DNA of 64,000 nt from the human T2T-CHM13v2.0 reference genome, Homo sapiens: NCBI RefSeq assembly GCF_009914755.1, contig NC_060932.1; one strand, 5' to 3'. Under the pieces are notes generated by a model that saw only the letters and a program-made list of their open reading frames with translations, was not told the DNA's origin and made no database searches. Positions 12,202-28,840 of this stretch are shown piece by piece. Numbering within the stretch: position 1 is the first letter of the stretch; every line of letters starts with the position of its first letter. The position numbers were made by a program, and so were the translations under genes.

Positions 12202-15169
12202 GGTAAACCCACAAATTTTTTATAATTCACTTACTTGGCCAAGTACCAAGTGTGCATCTCACATTGCAGTAAGTGATTTCTTCTTTGTAGTGAGCTCTAA
12301 TGCAAGGCATTGTCTTTTGAATAATGCAATGGAAATATTTATTTTCAGTTGGCCACCAGGTCAGCTGCCAGGTATTTTAAAAGAAGGGAAAATAATGCTT
12401 AGCTATAATTACTAAGAGATGATGGTTTGGGTCTAAGAAAGGGAATCCCAAGATGTTGGACTATGATCCTGGTATCCTTATTCTTCCAGTTTTCACCACT
12501 TAGGTCACTTCAAACTTACTTGCTTTCAAGGTGATTTATTGCAACTATGAGATCACTTAAAATTTACATGACTGCAATCATGATAATTTAGAATGTGTCA
12601 ATGTTCATGCTAGGATCTGTCAACAAAGGTATTCTTTAAAATGAATTTGCTTCACCACTTTTTTTGCTTTACCATGTTATAAGATATTTTTCTAATGAAA
12701 CGAATAATTTTGAAAGCTCTATGGTTGTGACTTCCTAGATGTTCTTTTATGATATTTTTCTTTGATTTTACTGATTTTTATTTTATATTCTCTTATTTTA
12801 AAAGAAGTTATTGATATTTGGTTTTGATATAGGTATATACTTTGTCAAGAATTTTCAGGTCCATTTGGTTCTCGTAACTACTCAAAATATGGAAAGAATA
12901 TTTTCTATATTTTAATTAAAACTGTATAAATGTTATAATTATCAACATGAATTTTATCATTATTAAATAGTAACTAAGATGTTTTGAAAATTAACTTTAG
13001 TATAAAACCAAATTAACATGGAAAGTATGTTTTATGTTGTGTTAATGCAGGATTACAGAAAAACCGATTGAAAAATCTAAGTTGCATGAATCATATTTCT
13101 TTTTATTCAGTATGCTGTAAGGACAAACTCCTTCAGTATTCTCAGGTTTATATTACCTCTGTCAGTAACTCACCAAACTGAACAAATTTGATTATGAATG
13201 GGATATGTTTCTCAGTGCACCCAGCATTGTCCCATTTTATACTTGTAGCTCCAGCACTCTAAAAATATTCACATTCAACAATAAATTACATGATCATTCC
13301 AATTATGAGTTCCTGGGCCACAATTTGACCAAATATAACACGAGAGAATTTTACTATATGATTTTATTATAACTTCCAGCCCTAAGACTCATTGGAAGAT
13401 ATCTTTATGCTACTTCATGTCATCTTGTTTAATATCCACATTCCTTCTCTCACTGGAGTGCTGTACTGTTGATGAAGAAGAGATAGGAAGCTAGGCTAAG
13501 TAGGTAGAAAGGTGGCTGATTCACACATAAGTTGGGTGGTAGAAATATTTCCAGTTGATGACTTGGAAACTAGAGCATATATCTCCCTATAAACAATGTT
13601 ATAAATTATTATTAAATTCCAAAGTTAATACAAAATGTATGTAGAGAGGCTAGTCCCTGCAAAATGAGAAGTGGATATAGCCAACCAGCCTCCAGAAAAT
13701 GGCTATGTGGGGACAGCTGTACATTCAGGCAACTGTGAGCCAATCACAGGTGAGGGTCACAAAGAAATGGACAAACAAAAGCAAACCACAGCCCCTGATG
13801 CAGGAAGAGGGCCTTTGATTTCTTGACAGGATAATGACACAGCATGGGCTAATTTCCCTTGGGAATGATAACCAGATGGGTTTCAGAGTGTTGGACCTAA
13901 ACCCTTTCTGAGATATGATTGATATGTTTACTGCAAACATCAAAGAAGATAATGAAGTGCAGTAACTTCCAGCCCTCCCCACAGTTCCTTGTCCACCTCC
14001 TGGCCAGTTTGCCCAATCACAGTTCTCCTCAATTTGAGTCATTTGTTTTTCTCCACCAAGAGATCACAAAGATAGATAAAGAAACACCTTCAAAAGTAGC
14101 CCCTTCTCTCCAAGTTCTAATTTTTAATCCAACTCTCTTCATATGGCCAAATGCACCTGGAAGGTGTGTTCATGCATGACCCCTATTTTTCCTTCTAGTA
14201 AGTAGAGCCCCTCCTCTTCCTGCCTCTTAGCCATTTCTTCCAATCAGAATAAAGCAGGGTGACACAGTAAAAATTCCATCCTCTCCAGAGGGCCATTCCC
14301 CCTTATTTGCATATGAGGAATATTTAACCTGATGCTTTTAATCAAGGGAAACTTAAATTATGCTAGCTTCAAAACATATTAAAAAATTGTTGTCATGCTG
14401 GTGGTGGCTGTATTGGTTTATGTATGTGTTCACTTGACAAATCTCTGCTATGAATTTGTTTTCTTGTGACTTGCCTCACTTTTAGGAAGCTTAAAATTTA
14501 AATGCAGAGATTCTGGTTGTATGTTTCAGATTGCCAGACTCTTTTATTTAATCAAACTTATACTGAGCCAATTAATTATACATTGAGAAATGTATTTCCT
14601 GGGACGGATGTATCTATCCTGTTGTGGATTGGTGTCCCTCTTTTCTCTAGCCTGTCACTGCCACATTCTCCCCCAGGAAAACATTCCATGAATATTGAAT
14701 CAGCTGGACTGAGAGGAGAACTGAGCAGACTCAGGATTTGTATTTTTAAAGAATTCTAGCACCTAGAACAATCCCGGAAGAAAGTATAAATGTTTTTTTT
14801 CTGAATAAATTCTGCTATGCATGTTTCTCTCTTCATAGGTGATTAAAACACTGTACAATGTCTGCTGCTCAGATTTATGAGATTAATTTAATCAAAACAA
14901 GAAAAGAAACAAATGAATAATTTTTTCTTTATGCTACCAAGAGATAGAACACCATGCCTGTTTCATTTGTGAGTAGTTAGCACATATAAGAATGTAAATA
15001 TATCTTTCTATGATAATATCCCCATTTAAAAAACTATTTTATCTGGAAGCACATTGTCTCTAGCTCTAATTTGTACCAGGAATTAAAGTGAGATTATGTC
15101 ACTAAACTGGTTTTATTAGATGGAGGCTGGCCTTTTATTATAATGATTCTCCTTGCTAATATCATCACT

Positions 15170-16190
15170 TGAAAACGTTACTGGCACTTCCAAATTAAAT
15201 CCATTCCATTCTTCCTGTGCCCTTCCTACACCCCAAAACTTGTTCTTCCCACACTGTTCATTAGTTTAATCAATGACACTTCCATCCACTCAGGTGCTCA
15301 ATCAAGAAACTTCATAGTCACTGTCAATCCCTCTATCTTAATTAGGAAAGCTTGACGAACAGAAGAACCATGTTTCTTATTTATCACCAGGAACATAAGT
15401 CATTAATGACTATATGTTCGATTCCATGATCACCCATCTGTATGTTGTTAAGACCCTTAATCTTTCAAAACTCTAGTTTCTTCATCAATAACTTCAGAAA
15501 TATGGACTGTAGAAATAACTCTGAAGTTCCCTAATACAATGCTGCAACTTCAGTCACACAATTGCTTTCTCAACAATTAGTTACCAACACTTTATTTTTA
15601 CGTGAGGTTTTCCTATGTGTTGGTAATATTATATTACATGACTTCCAAAGTGTCCTGTGTTAGATTTTATGTTAACATTTATCATTTTCAAGTACAAGTT
15701 TCTGTTTTTCAATTTTTCTAATAGACACTGAGATTCCTGAAAATGAAAATTCACACATACGATGTCATTTATCATTTTATCTTTCCATTCTAGCATAACA
15801 CCTATCATGTAGAACCTTTAAAAGAGAGTTGAATTCATTTTAACATCTCTGTTCACACTCGCCACCCTAGACTAAGCCCCCCCTTATTCCTTCCCAGGAT
15901 GACTAAAAAAGCTTCTTTAGCTGTTTCCCCTCAACCCCATTGCTTATTCCACAGAACAGCCAGAGTGATCTGCTGAAAATCCTTCCATAGCACTTTCCAT
16001 TGCAGTTTAAACAGCCTCTGAAGTCTTTCTGTAGCTTTACACCTGACCACTGCCAACCTTTACCATCTCAGCTCCTGCACTCTTATCTGCACTCATCTGT
16101 TTCAAACTCACCAATCTCGTTTTAGTTCCTCCTCCCTGGCTTAGGACCTTTGGTTATGCTCTCCTATCTGCCTTGAATCCATGGGAACTA
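15170..16190 (+). mobile_element. Scattered L2 fragments
   Basis: L2-like motifs ccatccactcaggtgctcaatcaagaaac, ccacagaacagccagagtgatc and ggacctttggttatgctctcctatctgccttgaat; patchy. Confidence 0.5.
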
Positions 16191-18255
16191 AGTCCCAGAA
16201 GAAGATACAGGCATACTTCATTTTATTGTGTTTTGCTTTATTGCGGTGGTCTGGAACCAGACCCACAGTATCTCCTGAGGCCTTCCAGACCATTGCAATA
16301 AAGTGACTATCACAATAATATGACTCACACAAATATTTTGGTTTCCCAGTGCATATAAAAGTTATGTTTACAACATACTGTAGTCTATTAAGTATGCAAT
16401 AGTACTGTCTAAAAAATGTATGTACCTTAATTTTAAAATATTTTATTGCTAAAAATGCTAATAATAATCTGAGCCTTCAGCGAGTTGTAATCTTTTCTGC
16501 TGGTAGAGGGTCTTACCTCAATGTTGATGGCTATTAACTGATCAATGTGGTGGTTTCTGAAGACTGAGTGGCTGTGGCAATTTCATAAAATAAGATACAA
16601 TGAAGTTTGCCACATTGACTCTTTCATGAAAGATTTCTTCATAACATGCAATGCTGTTTAATAGTGTTTTACCCACAGTGGAACTTCTTTCAAAATTAGA
16701 GTCAATCATTTCAAACCCTGCTGCTGCTTTATCAACTAAGTTTATGAAATATTCTAAATCCTTTTTTGTCATTTCAACAATGTTCACAGCATCTTCACCA
16801 GGAGATGGTTCATCTCAAGAAACACTTCTTTTTGCTCATCCGTAAGAAGCAACTTGTCATCCATTAAAGTTTGCTAATGAGATTGTAGCAATGCAGTCAC
16901 ATCTTTAGACTTCACTTCTAATTCTAGTTCTTTTGCTATTTCTACCACACGTGATGTTACTTCCTCCACTGAGTCTCAAACACCTCAAAGTTCTATGGCA
17001 GTTCTATCAAAGTTCTATCTATGGCAGTTACAGCCTTATGAAATGTATTTTTAAATATAAGACTTGAAATTTGAAATTACTCCTTGATCCATGGGCTGCA
17101 GAATGAGTGTTCTATTCTAAGTGTGAAAACAATAGACAATGGACTTAAAATATTCAGTAAACCATGCTATAAATAGATGTGCTGTCACCCAGGCTTTGTT
17201 GTTCCATTTATAGAGCACAGGTAGAGGAAATGTAGCATAATTCCTAAGGACCCTAGGACTTTCAGAATAGTAAATGAGCATTGGCTTTAACTTAAAGTCA
17301 TCAGCTATGTTAGCCCCTAACAAGAGAGTGAGTCTGTCCTTTGAAGCTTTGAAGGCAGACATTGACTTCTCTCTAACTATGAAAGTCCTAGATGGCATCT
17401 TTTTCCAATTGAAGGCTTTTCATCTATGCGAAAATCTGTTGCTTAATATAGCCACCTTTATCAATTATCTTAGCTAGATCTTCTGGATAACTTGCTGCAT
17501 CTTCTACATCAGTACTTTCTGCTTTACCTTACACTTTTATGTTATGAAAACAACTTGTTTCCTTAAATCTCATGAACCTACCTCTGCTAGTTGCAAACAT
17601 TCCTTCTATGGCTTACTCACCTCTCTCAGCCTTCAAGAGAGGTAGGGTCTTGCTCTGGATTAGGCTTTGGCTTAAGGGAATGTTCTGACTCATTTAATCT
17701 TCTCTCCAGACCTCTAAAACTTTCTCTATATCAGCAGTAGGGCTGTTTCACTTTCTTATCATTTGTCTGTTCACTGGAATAGCACTTACAATGTCCTCCA
17801 AGAAATTTTCCTTTGTATTTACAACTTGGCTAACTGTGAGTGTAGCACTCTTGTGCTTACCTTTTGATATTTTTCAGCTTTTCTCATGCCTTCCTCACTA
17901 AGCTTAATGATTATCTAGTTTTTTATTTAAAGTGAGATAAGTGTGACTCTTCCTTTCACTCGAACACATTTAGAGGCCATTCATTGTAGGGTTACTAAAT
18001 GGACTAATATTATCTTATATTTTATTTATTTTTAACTTCAAAATCAGATCTTACTGAATTTAAGCAAATAAGTAAAGTCTTTAAACTTACAAAGACAAAA
18101 TAACATCACTATATCATTATATTATCCTTATATCATTATATCATTATTTAGTAATATAAAATCGAATAAACAGAAGAGTGCACACTGGTGTTTTGAATAG
18201 TAATATAAAATCTGGAAAAATTATTAATAAAATCCAACAGTATATTAAAAGAATA

Positions 18256-20207
<1,952 letters not shown>

Positions 20208-20306
20208 AACTAACTGGCCTAATTTTAATATTGTTGTATCTCAAAGAATAGAGAGGCCTGAGGAGAGGGAGAAAGATGAGGGAATGGCCTTTTGGTAGAG
20301 CAGTCA

Positions 20307-20602
<296 letters not shown>

Positions 20603-22284
20603 AGAACACACACAGCATGTATCAACTGAATTCATCATTTTATGTGGTCATGGTTCATAGTGTCCAAAAACAGTTACAATAGTAATATCAAATATTATTA
20701 ATCACAGATCACCATAACAGATATAATAATAAAGAAAAATCTGAAATACTGCAAGAATTACCCAAAATGTGACAAAGACACGAAGTAAGCATATGCTGTT
20801 GGAAAAATGTGCTAATAGATTTGCTCAAAGCAAAGTTGCCACAAACCTTGAATTTGTAGAAACACAACATCTGCAAAGTGCAATAAAGTGAAGCCCAACA
20901 AAATGAGATATGCCTGTATTTTCAAAAAGACAATATCTCAGGGAGAAGAGACAGTCACTACGACCTGGTGCTTCCTAGATTTGAAGATTTCAGGAACATA
21001 TAAGGAGTCACATAGCTTTAATGAGGGGCTTCCATAGCCAGTAAAATTCTATTTTTGGTTTTGCTCATTTGCTTAGGAAACCTAGAAATAGCATATGCAA
21101 TACCATCAGTTTATATGTACATAAAATCAAGTCTCCTTTCATGAGATTTAATCCCATCTTTTACCAAAGCATTCTTGAATTTGAGGGAGGTTTTCTGAGT
21201 TAAAGTTTGTTGGAGGCTTCTTTTCAGGTATTTGTCCCCCACGTACCCTCAGCGAGTGCTGACACCAGGGGCACCCTCGTGCAATCAGTAAATAATAGGG
21301 ACTCTTACGTTTACATAAACCCACCACCCAAACATCAGCCATCTGAAGCTTCTGAATCTCATCTGAATTGTTCTAAACTCATTACTTAGAAACTGAAATA
21401 ACAAAAGACATTGATCCATGAAGTACCTGGGAAAGTGACATACTTCCCTTGGAGCTTCCCTATGCTCTACCCTACAAATGCAATCATGTTGACATAACGA
21501 TTAGTCCTCCTGACAACTCTCTGGGTTTTGATTTGGGAACTGAATAGGACTGTACCACAAAGAACCACTGGATCACAGACTGTGTGTTCTTTTAATTTAC
21601 TTCCATAAACAGGCAAAAATTGAAGTCAGCTGTCAGCAAAGACCAAATTAAAGAGCTGAGTGTCAGAGCCACACTTGAATTAAGATCAGTTTTTGAGGTG
21701 GGGGTAGTGGGAGTTTGGATTTTTAAGTTTCTAAAAAAGATATGTTGGTAGATACAAAGCAAAGACTTTCACTTTTAACTGTGGTTTAGATGTATTATGC
21801 ATAGTTTACTTTTCAAAAATTAGATTTAGACTGAAACTAATATCATTTCTAAAAACCTTTCCTTACTTAAATGTTGTGCATGATCTCAAAGTATAATACA
21901 ATAAATGTGCAAACCATAACCATCTCTGATATAATTATAGCAAGTATAGCTTAGCCTGCTAAGCTTGTGGGCTGTGAACTTCCTTGCTATGGCTCATAAT
22001 AAACTCCCAATGCTTCTTTTAATGATTTTAATGATCACTCTAATTCTGTTATGGTATTTTTCCCTTTTCTTTTTATCTCACAGCCACCTTGCTTCTATGC
22101 ATGGCTGCTATGACAGAAAATTGCAGTTGTGATTCAGGGAGGAAAGTAAGCAAAGTCTCAAGCCTGGAATTCTGATAATTCAGTAAGTCGTACGCACATT
22201 TAGTGCAGACATCTGTGGCTGCGTGAAATATCTTTAAAATTTGGTTAACAAAGGTATAAATGTAAGTAGAAGGCAATATGTCAT

Positions 22285-22520
22285 AGGGGTTAAAGTACAC
22301 TGGTTGTGGAATCAAATCTTGGTTTGAATGGTGCTATGGCCATTTAATAGTAAATTATTTAAATTTCTTTGAATTTTAATTTTCTCATCTGTAAAATAAG
22401 CATAATATTTCACAAGGCTGTTTTCAAAATGAAATAGGATAATATATACTATGTGCTTAGTATAAAGCCAATCACATTGAGGTGCTCAATAAAATAATTA
22501 TTCTCACTATTTTATTATCA
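22285..22520 (+). mobile_element. MIR SINE
   Basis: tttctcatctgtaaaataag core and gtgctcaataaaataattatt tail. Confidence 0.7.
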
Positions 22521-22680
22521 GTTCAATTCAGTAAGTAGATTGTTAGGGTCTGCTAAGCGTCTGTTCTGTGGGATACATAAAAGAAGCGTAAAATAGTGTC
22601 CCTGTCCTGGAAAAGATTATTATCTAGTTGTTAGTTTTAATTATGGAAAGAAACAATAGTGCCTAGAAAGAGCCATGTGT

Positions 22681-23055
<375 letters not shown>

Positions 23056-23924
23056 TCAGAGAAAGAAGAGGTCAGCATGGGCTGAAACATGGAGAAACAC
23101 TAAATGGAAGTCATGGGAATTATGATGGATCTTGAAGAGATCCATTCCACACATGGAGTGATTGAAACGTGATAGAAATGAACATGGTCTGTCTAAGGAA
23201 TTAGCAGCTCTGCCAGAGCTGGGCTTGTGCTGGTGAGGAAGGGAGGATCACACCACGCTGGAAGGGACAGCATTTTGCAAAATGCACTCTGAGAAAAGGT
23301 AGTTTAGCAGAATAATAAAGTGTTACACACACATACTGGGCATAGGTGGAGATGGGTTTATTTCTTGGTCAAATGATTGTGAGATGTTGGCCCAATCACA
23401 GTAAAACACATGTCCTTCTTGCAGGACTTCTCAAAGACTTTAAAATGCTAATACATTTAATAGAAATGTAACTAACTGTAGTGTTAAATTATAAAACATC
23501 TAATTGTGCCCTAATTGTCATAAGTTCCATTCAGCAATAAACATGTACATGGTTATATGCTTCTCCCTTTCTCCGAAAGGAGCTTGCAGTGAGGGAGGAA
23601 GGGTGAGACAGAATAGAGAGACAAAATGTAATGGAGTGCAGAAGTGACTGTTTGTATATGCAGAGTGAAGTCCTCCATGGATTTGGTGACAGGAACTGGG
23701 AAGGGCTGAATTATGCTGCATTTAAAGATGCAAGGACTTTGGGAGAAAGGGGGGTTGGAGGATTGCCTCCTGAGAATGAGGAGATGGTAGGGGTGTGAGG
23801 TGGTGAATAAGCAGCATAGTACAGTTTTAAGAACAGGAACATCTAAAATTTGCTCTTAAGTTGTTTGTGTTAAGATGACATATAAAATTCATCTCCCCCA
23901 AAGCTTGAGTAAAATCTGTGATAT

Positions 23925-24640
<716 letters not shown>

Positions 24641-25394
24641 TCTTAACATGGGTAATTTTCTCAAGGAATCCTAGTAAAAGACTTTGTTGAATGCTGTGAA
24701 GAATAAGAACAGGATGTTCAGAAAGCTGAACCAACTCAGGAGAATGAGAATCTCTGAGCCAAGAGTGACTGTAAGAATATAAATCCCCTGTGAGGTCACC
24801 AAAGACTTGGAGCAGGCATTAAACTCTCCAGAAGTAATGGAAGATGGTGCTGAGCCAGTATTACCTGCTGCTTCAGGGACACTCCAACACTAACTGAGAG
24901 GCGGGTATTATGAATCTTCAAAAAGTTACTATGGGATATGTTGTGCCCCTAGTTTATCTGACCAGGGAAATTCTTCCTTCTCATTCCTTCCTTACCTTAA
25001 CTTCCCCCCTTCTCTCATCTCCTTTTCTGTTCTCTCCTCTCCTCCCTTTCCCCTTCTCCCAATTCTGTTTCCCTTTCTCCTCTTCTCATAGGACTAAGAA
25101 GTAGAAATAGGATAGGAAAGGGCTTGCTATATAAGGATGAATATTTGACCCAAGTTTTTAAGCAGTGGCCTGTATTTGAAAGATTTGGGGCATAGAGAAT
25201 ATGATTGAATTGGAAGAATTCATCATCTGACAGCATTATGTTGAATGATTCAGAAGGAAGCCTCATTTTTGAGAATCAGGGCAGATACAAAACAAATATA
25301 TACCTGTTTTCTGGTACCCAAGCACCCAAGACATTCAACCAATGTTTATTGAGTGAATGCTTTGGGAACATTCATGTGGACAAAAGTTTTTAAA

Positions 25395-26790
<1,396 letters not shown>

Positions 26791-28488
26791 TTCTTTTTTT
26801 AATTATACTTTAAGTTCTAGGGTACATGTGCACAACGTACAGGTTTGTTACATAAGTATACATTGTGCCATGTTGGTTTGCTGCACCCATTAGCTTGTCA
26901 TTTACATTAGGTATTTCTCCTAATGCTATCCCTCCCCCATCCCACCTCACGAAAGGCCCCAGTGTGTGATGTTACCCGCCCTGTGTCCTTGTGTTCTAGT
27001 TGTTCAGTTCCCACCTGAGTAAGAACATGTGGTGTTTGGTTTTCTGTCCTTGTGATAGTTTGCTCAGAATGGTGGTTTCCAGCTTCATCCATGTCGCTAC
27101 AAAGGACATGAACTCATCATTTTTATGGCTGCATAGTATTCCATGGTGTATATGTGGCACATTTTCTTAATCCAGTCTATCACTGATGGACATTTGGGTT
27201 GGTTCCAAGTCTTTGCTATTGTGAATAGTGCCACAATATACATACATGTACATGTGTCTTTATAGTAGCATGATTTATAATCCTTTAGGTATATACCCAG
27301 TAATAGGATTGCTGGGTCAAATGATATTTCTAGTTCTAGATCCTTGAGGAATCGCCACACTGTCTTCCACAATGGTTGAACTAGTTTACACTCCCACCAA
27401 CAGTGTGAAGGTGTTCCTATTTCTCCACATCCTCTCCAGCACCTGTTGTTTCCTGACTTTTTAATGATCCCCATTCTAACTGGTGTGAGATGGTATCTCA
27501 TTGTGGTTTTGATTTGCATTTCTCTGATGACCAGTGATGATGAGCATTTTTTCATGTGTCTGTTGGCTGCATAAATGTCTTCTTTTGAAAAGCATCTGTT
27601 CATATCCTTTCCCCACTTTTTGATGGGGTTGTTTGATTTTTTCTTGTAAATTTGTCTAAGTTCTCTGTAGATTCTGGATATTAGCCCTTTGTCAGATGGG
27701 TAGATTGCAAAAATTTTCTCCTATTCTGTAGGTTGCCTGTTCACTCTGATGGTAGTTTCTTTTGCTGTGCAGAAGCTCTTTAGTTTAATTAGATCCCATT
27801 TGTCAATTTTGGCTTTTGTTGCCATTGCTTTTGGTGTTTTAGTCATGAAGTCCTTGCCCATGCCTATGTCCTGAATGGTATTGCCTAGGTCCTGAATGGT
27901 ATTGCCTAGGTTTTCTTCTAGGGTTTTTATGGTTTTAGGTCTAACATTTAAGCCTTACTCCATCTTGAATTAATTTTTGTATAAGGTGTAAGGAAGGGAT
28001 CCAGTTTCAGCTTTCTACATGTGGCTAGCCAGTTTTCCCAGCACCATTTATTAAACAGGGAATCCTTTCCCCATTTCTTGTTTTTGTCAGGTTTGTCAAA
28101 GATCAGATGGTTGTAGATGTGTGGTGTTATTTCTGAGGCCTCTTTTCTGTTCTATTGGTCTGTATCTCTGTTTTGGTACCAGTACCATGCTGTTTTGGTT
28201 ACTGTAGCATTTTAGTATAGTTTGAAGTCAGGTAGCATGATGCCTCCAGCTTTTATCTTTTTGCTTAGGATTGTCTTGGCAATGCGGGCTCATTTTTGGT
28301 TCCATATGAAATTTAAAGTAGTTTTTTTCCAATTCTGGGAAGAAAGTCATTGGTAGCTTGATGGGGATGGCATTGAATCTATAAATTACCTTGGGCAGTA
28401 TGGCCATTTTCACAATATTGATTCTTCCTATCCATGAGCATGGAATGTTCTTCCATTTGTTTGTGTCCTCTTTTATTTCATTGAGCAG
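26791..28488 (-). mobile_element. L1PA (mid-age) 3' 1.7 kb
   Basis: ORF2 remnants 27097-27603 ([24 protein letters not shown]..) and [18 protein letters not shown]; canonical 3' end. Confidence 0.97.
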
Positions 28489-28636
28489 CTCCAGTTTGCA
28501 GCTCCCAGTGTGATCAACACAGAAGACAGGTGATTTCCGCATTTCCAACTGAGGTACCTGGTTCATCTTATTGGGACTGGTCAGAAAGTGGGTGCAGCCC
28601 ATGGAGGGTGAGCCAAAGCAGGGCAGGGCATTGCTC
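28486..28636 (+). mobile_element. Inverted L1PA 5'UTR fragment
   Basis: cagctccagtttgcagctcccagtgtgatcaacacagaagacaggtgatttccgcatttccaactgaggtacc matches the first ~170 nt of the L1PA 5'UTR in sense orientation. Confidence 0.9.
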
Positions 28637-28639
28637 CTA

Positions 28640-28840
28640 GGTCACCCTCTAACCCATCACTCTGTTTTGTGTTCTTCTCGTAAGCTAGCATTATCTGAAT
28701 TTGTCTTCTAGATTCATTGGTTTACATGTCAGTTCATTCCCACTCAAATGTCAACTCCAGTGAAGTCAGGATTTGTATCTGTCCTATTAGCTTGCTGCCG
28801 TGAGCCTAAAACCGTACATTTTTTTAACTGAATGGACAAC
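28640..28840 (+). mobile_element. L2 3' end
   Basis: aaatgtcaactccagtgaagtcaggatttgtatctgtc...actgaatg resembles the L2 3' terminus. Confidence 0.55.

Noticed and set aside
16542-17398. Transposase-like ORFs as a domesticated TIGD-type gene
   Set aside because: Fragmented by stops, frameshifts and deletions; an ordinary decayed Tigger1.
21259-21277. CTCF-like tgacaccaggggcacc
   Set aside because: One G short of the core spacing; weak match.
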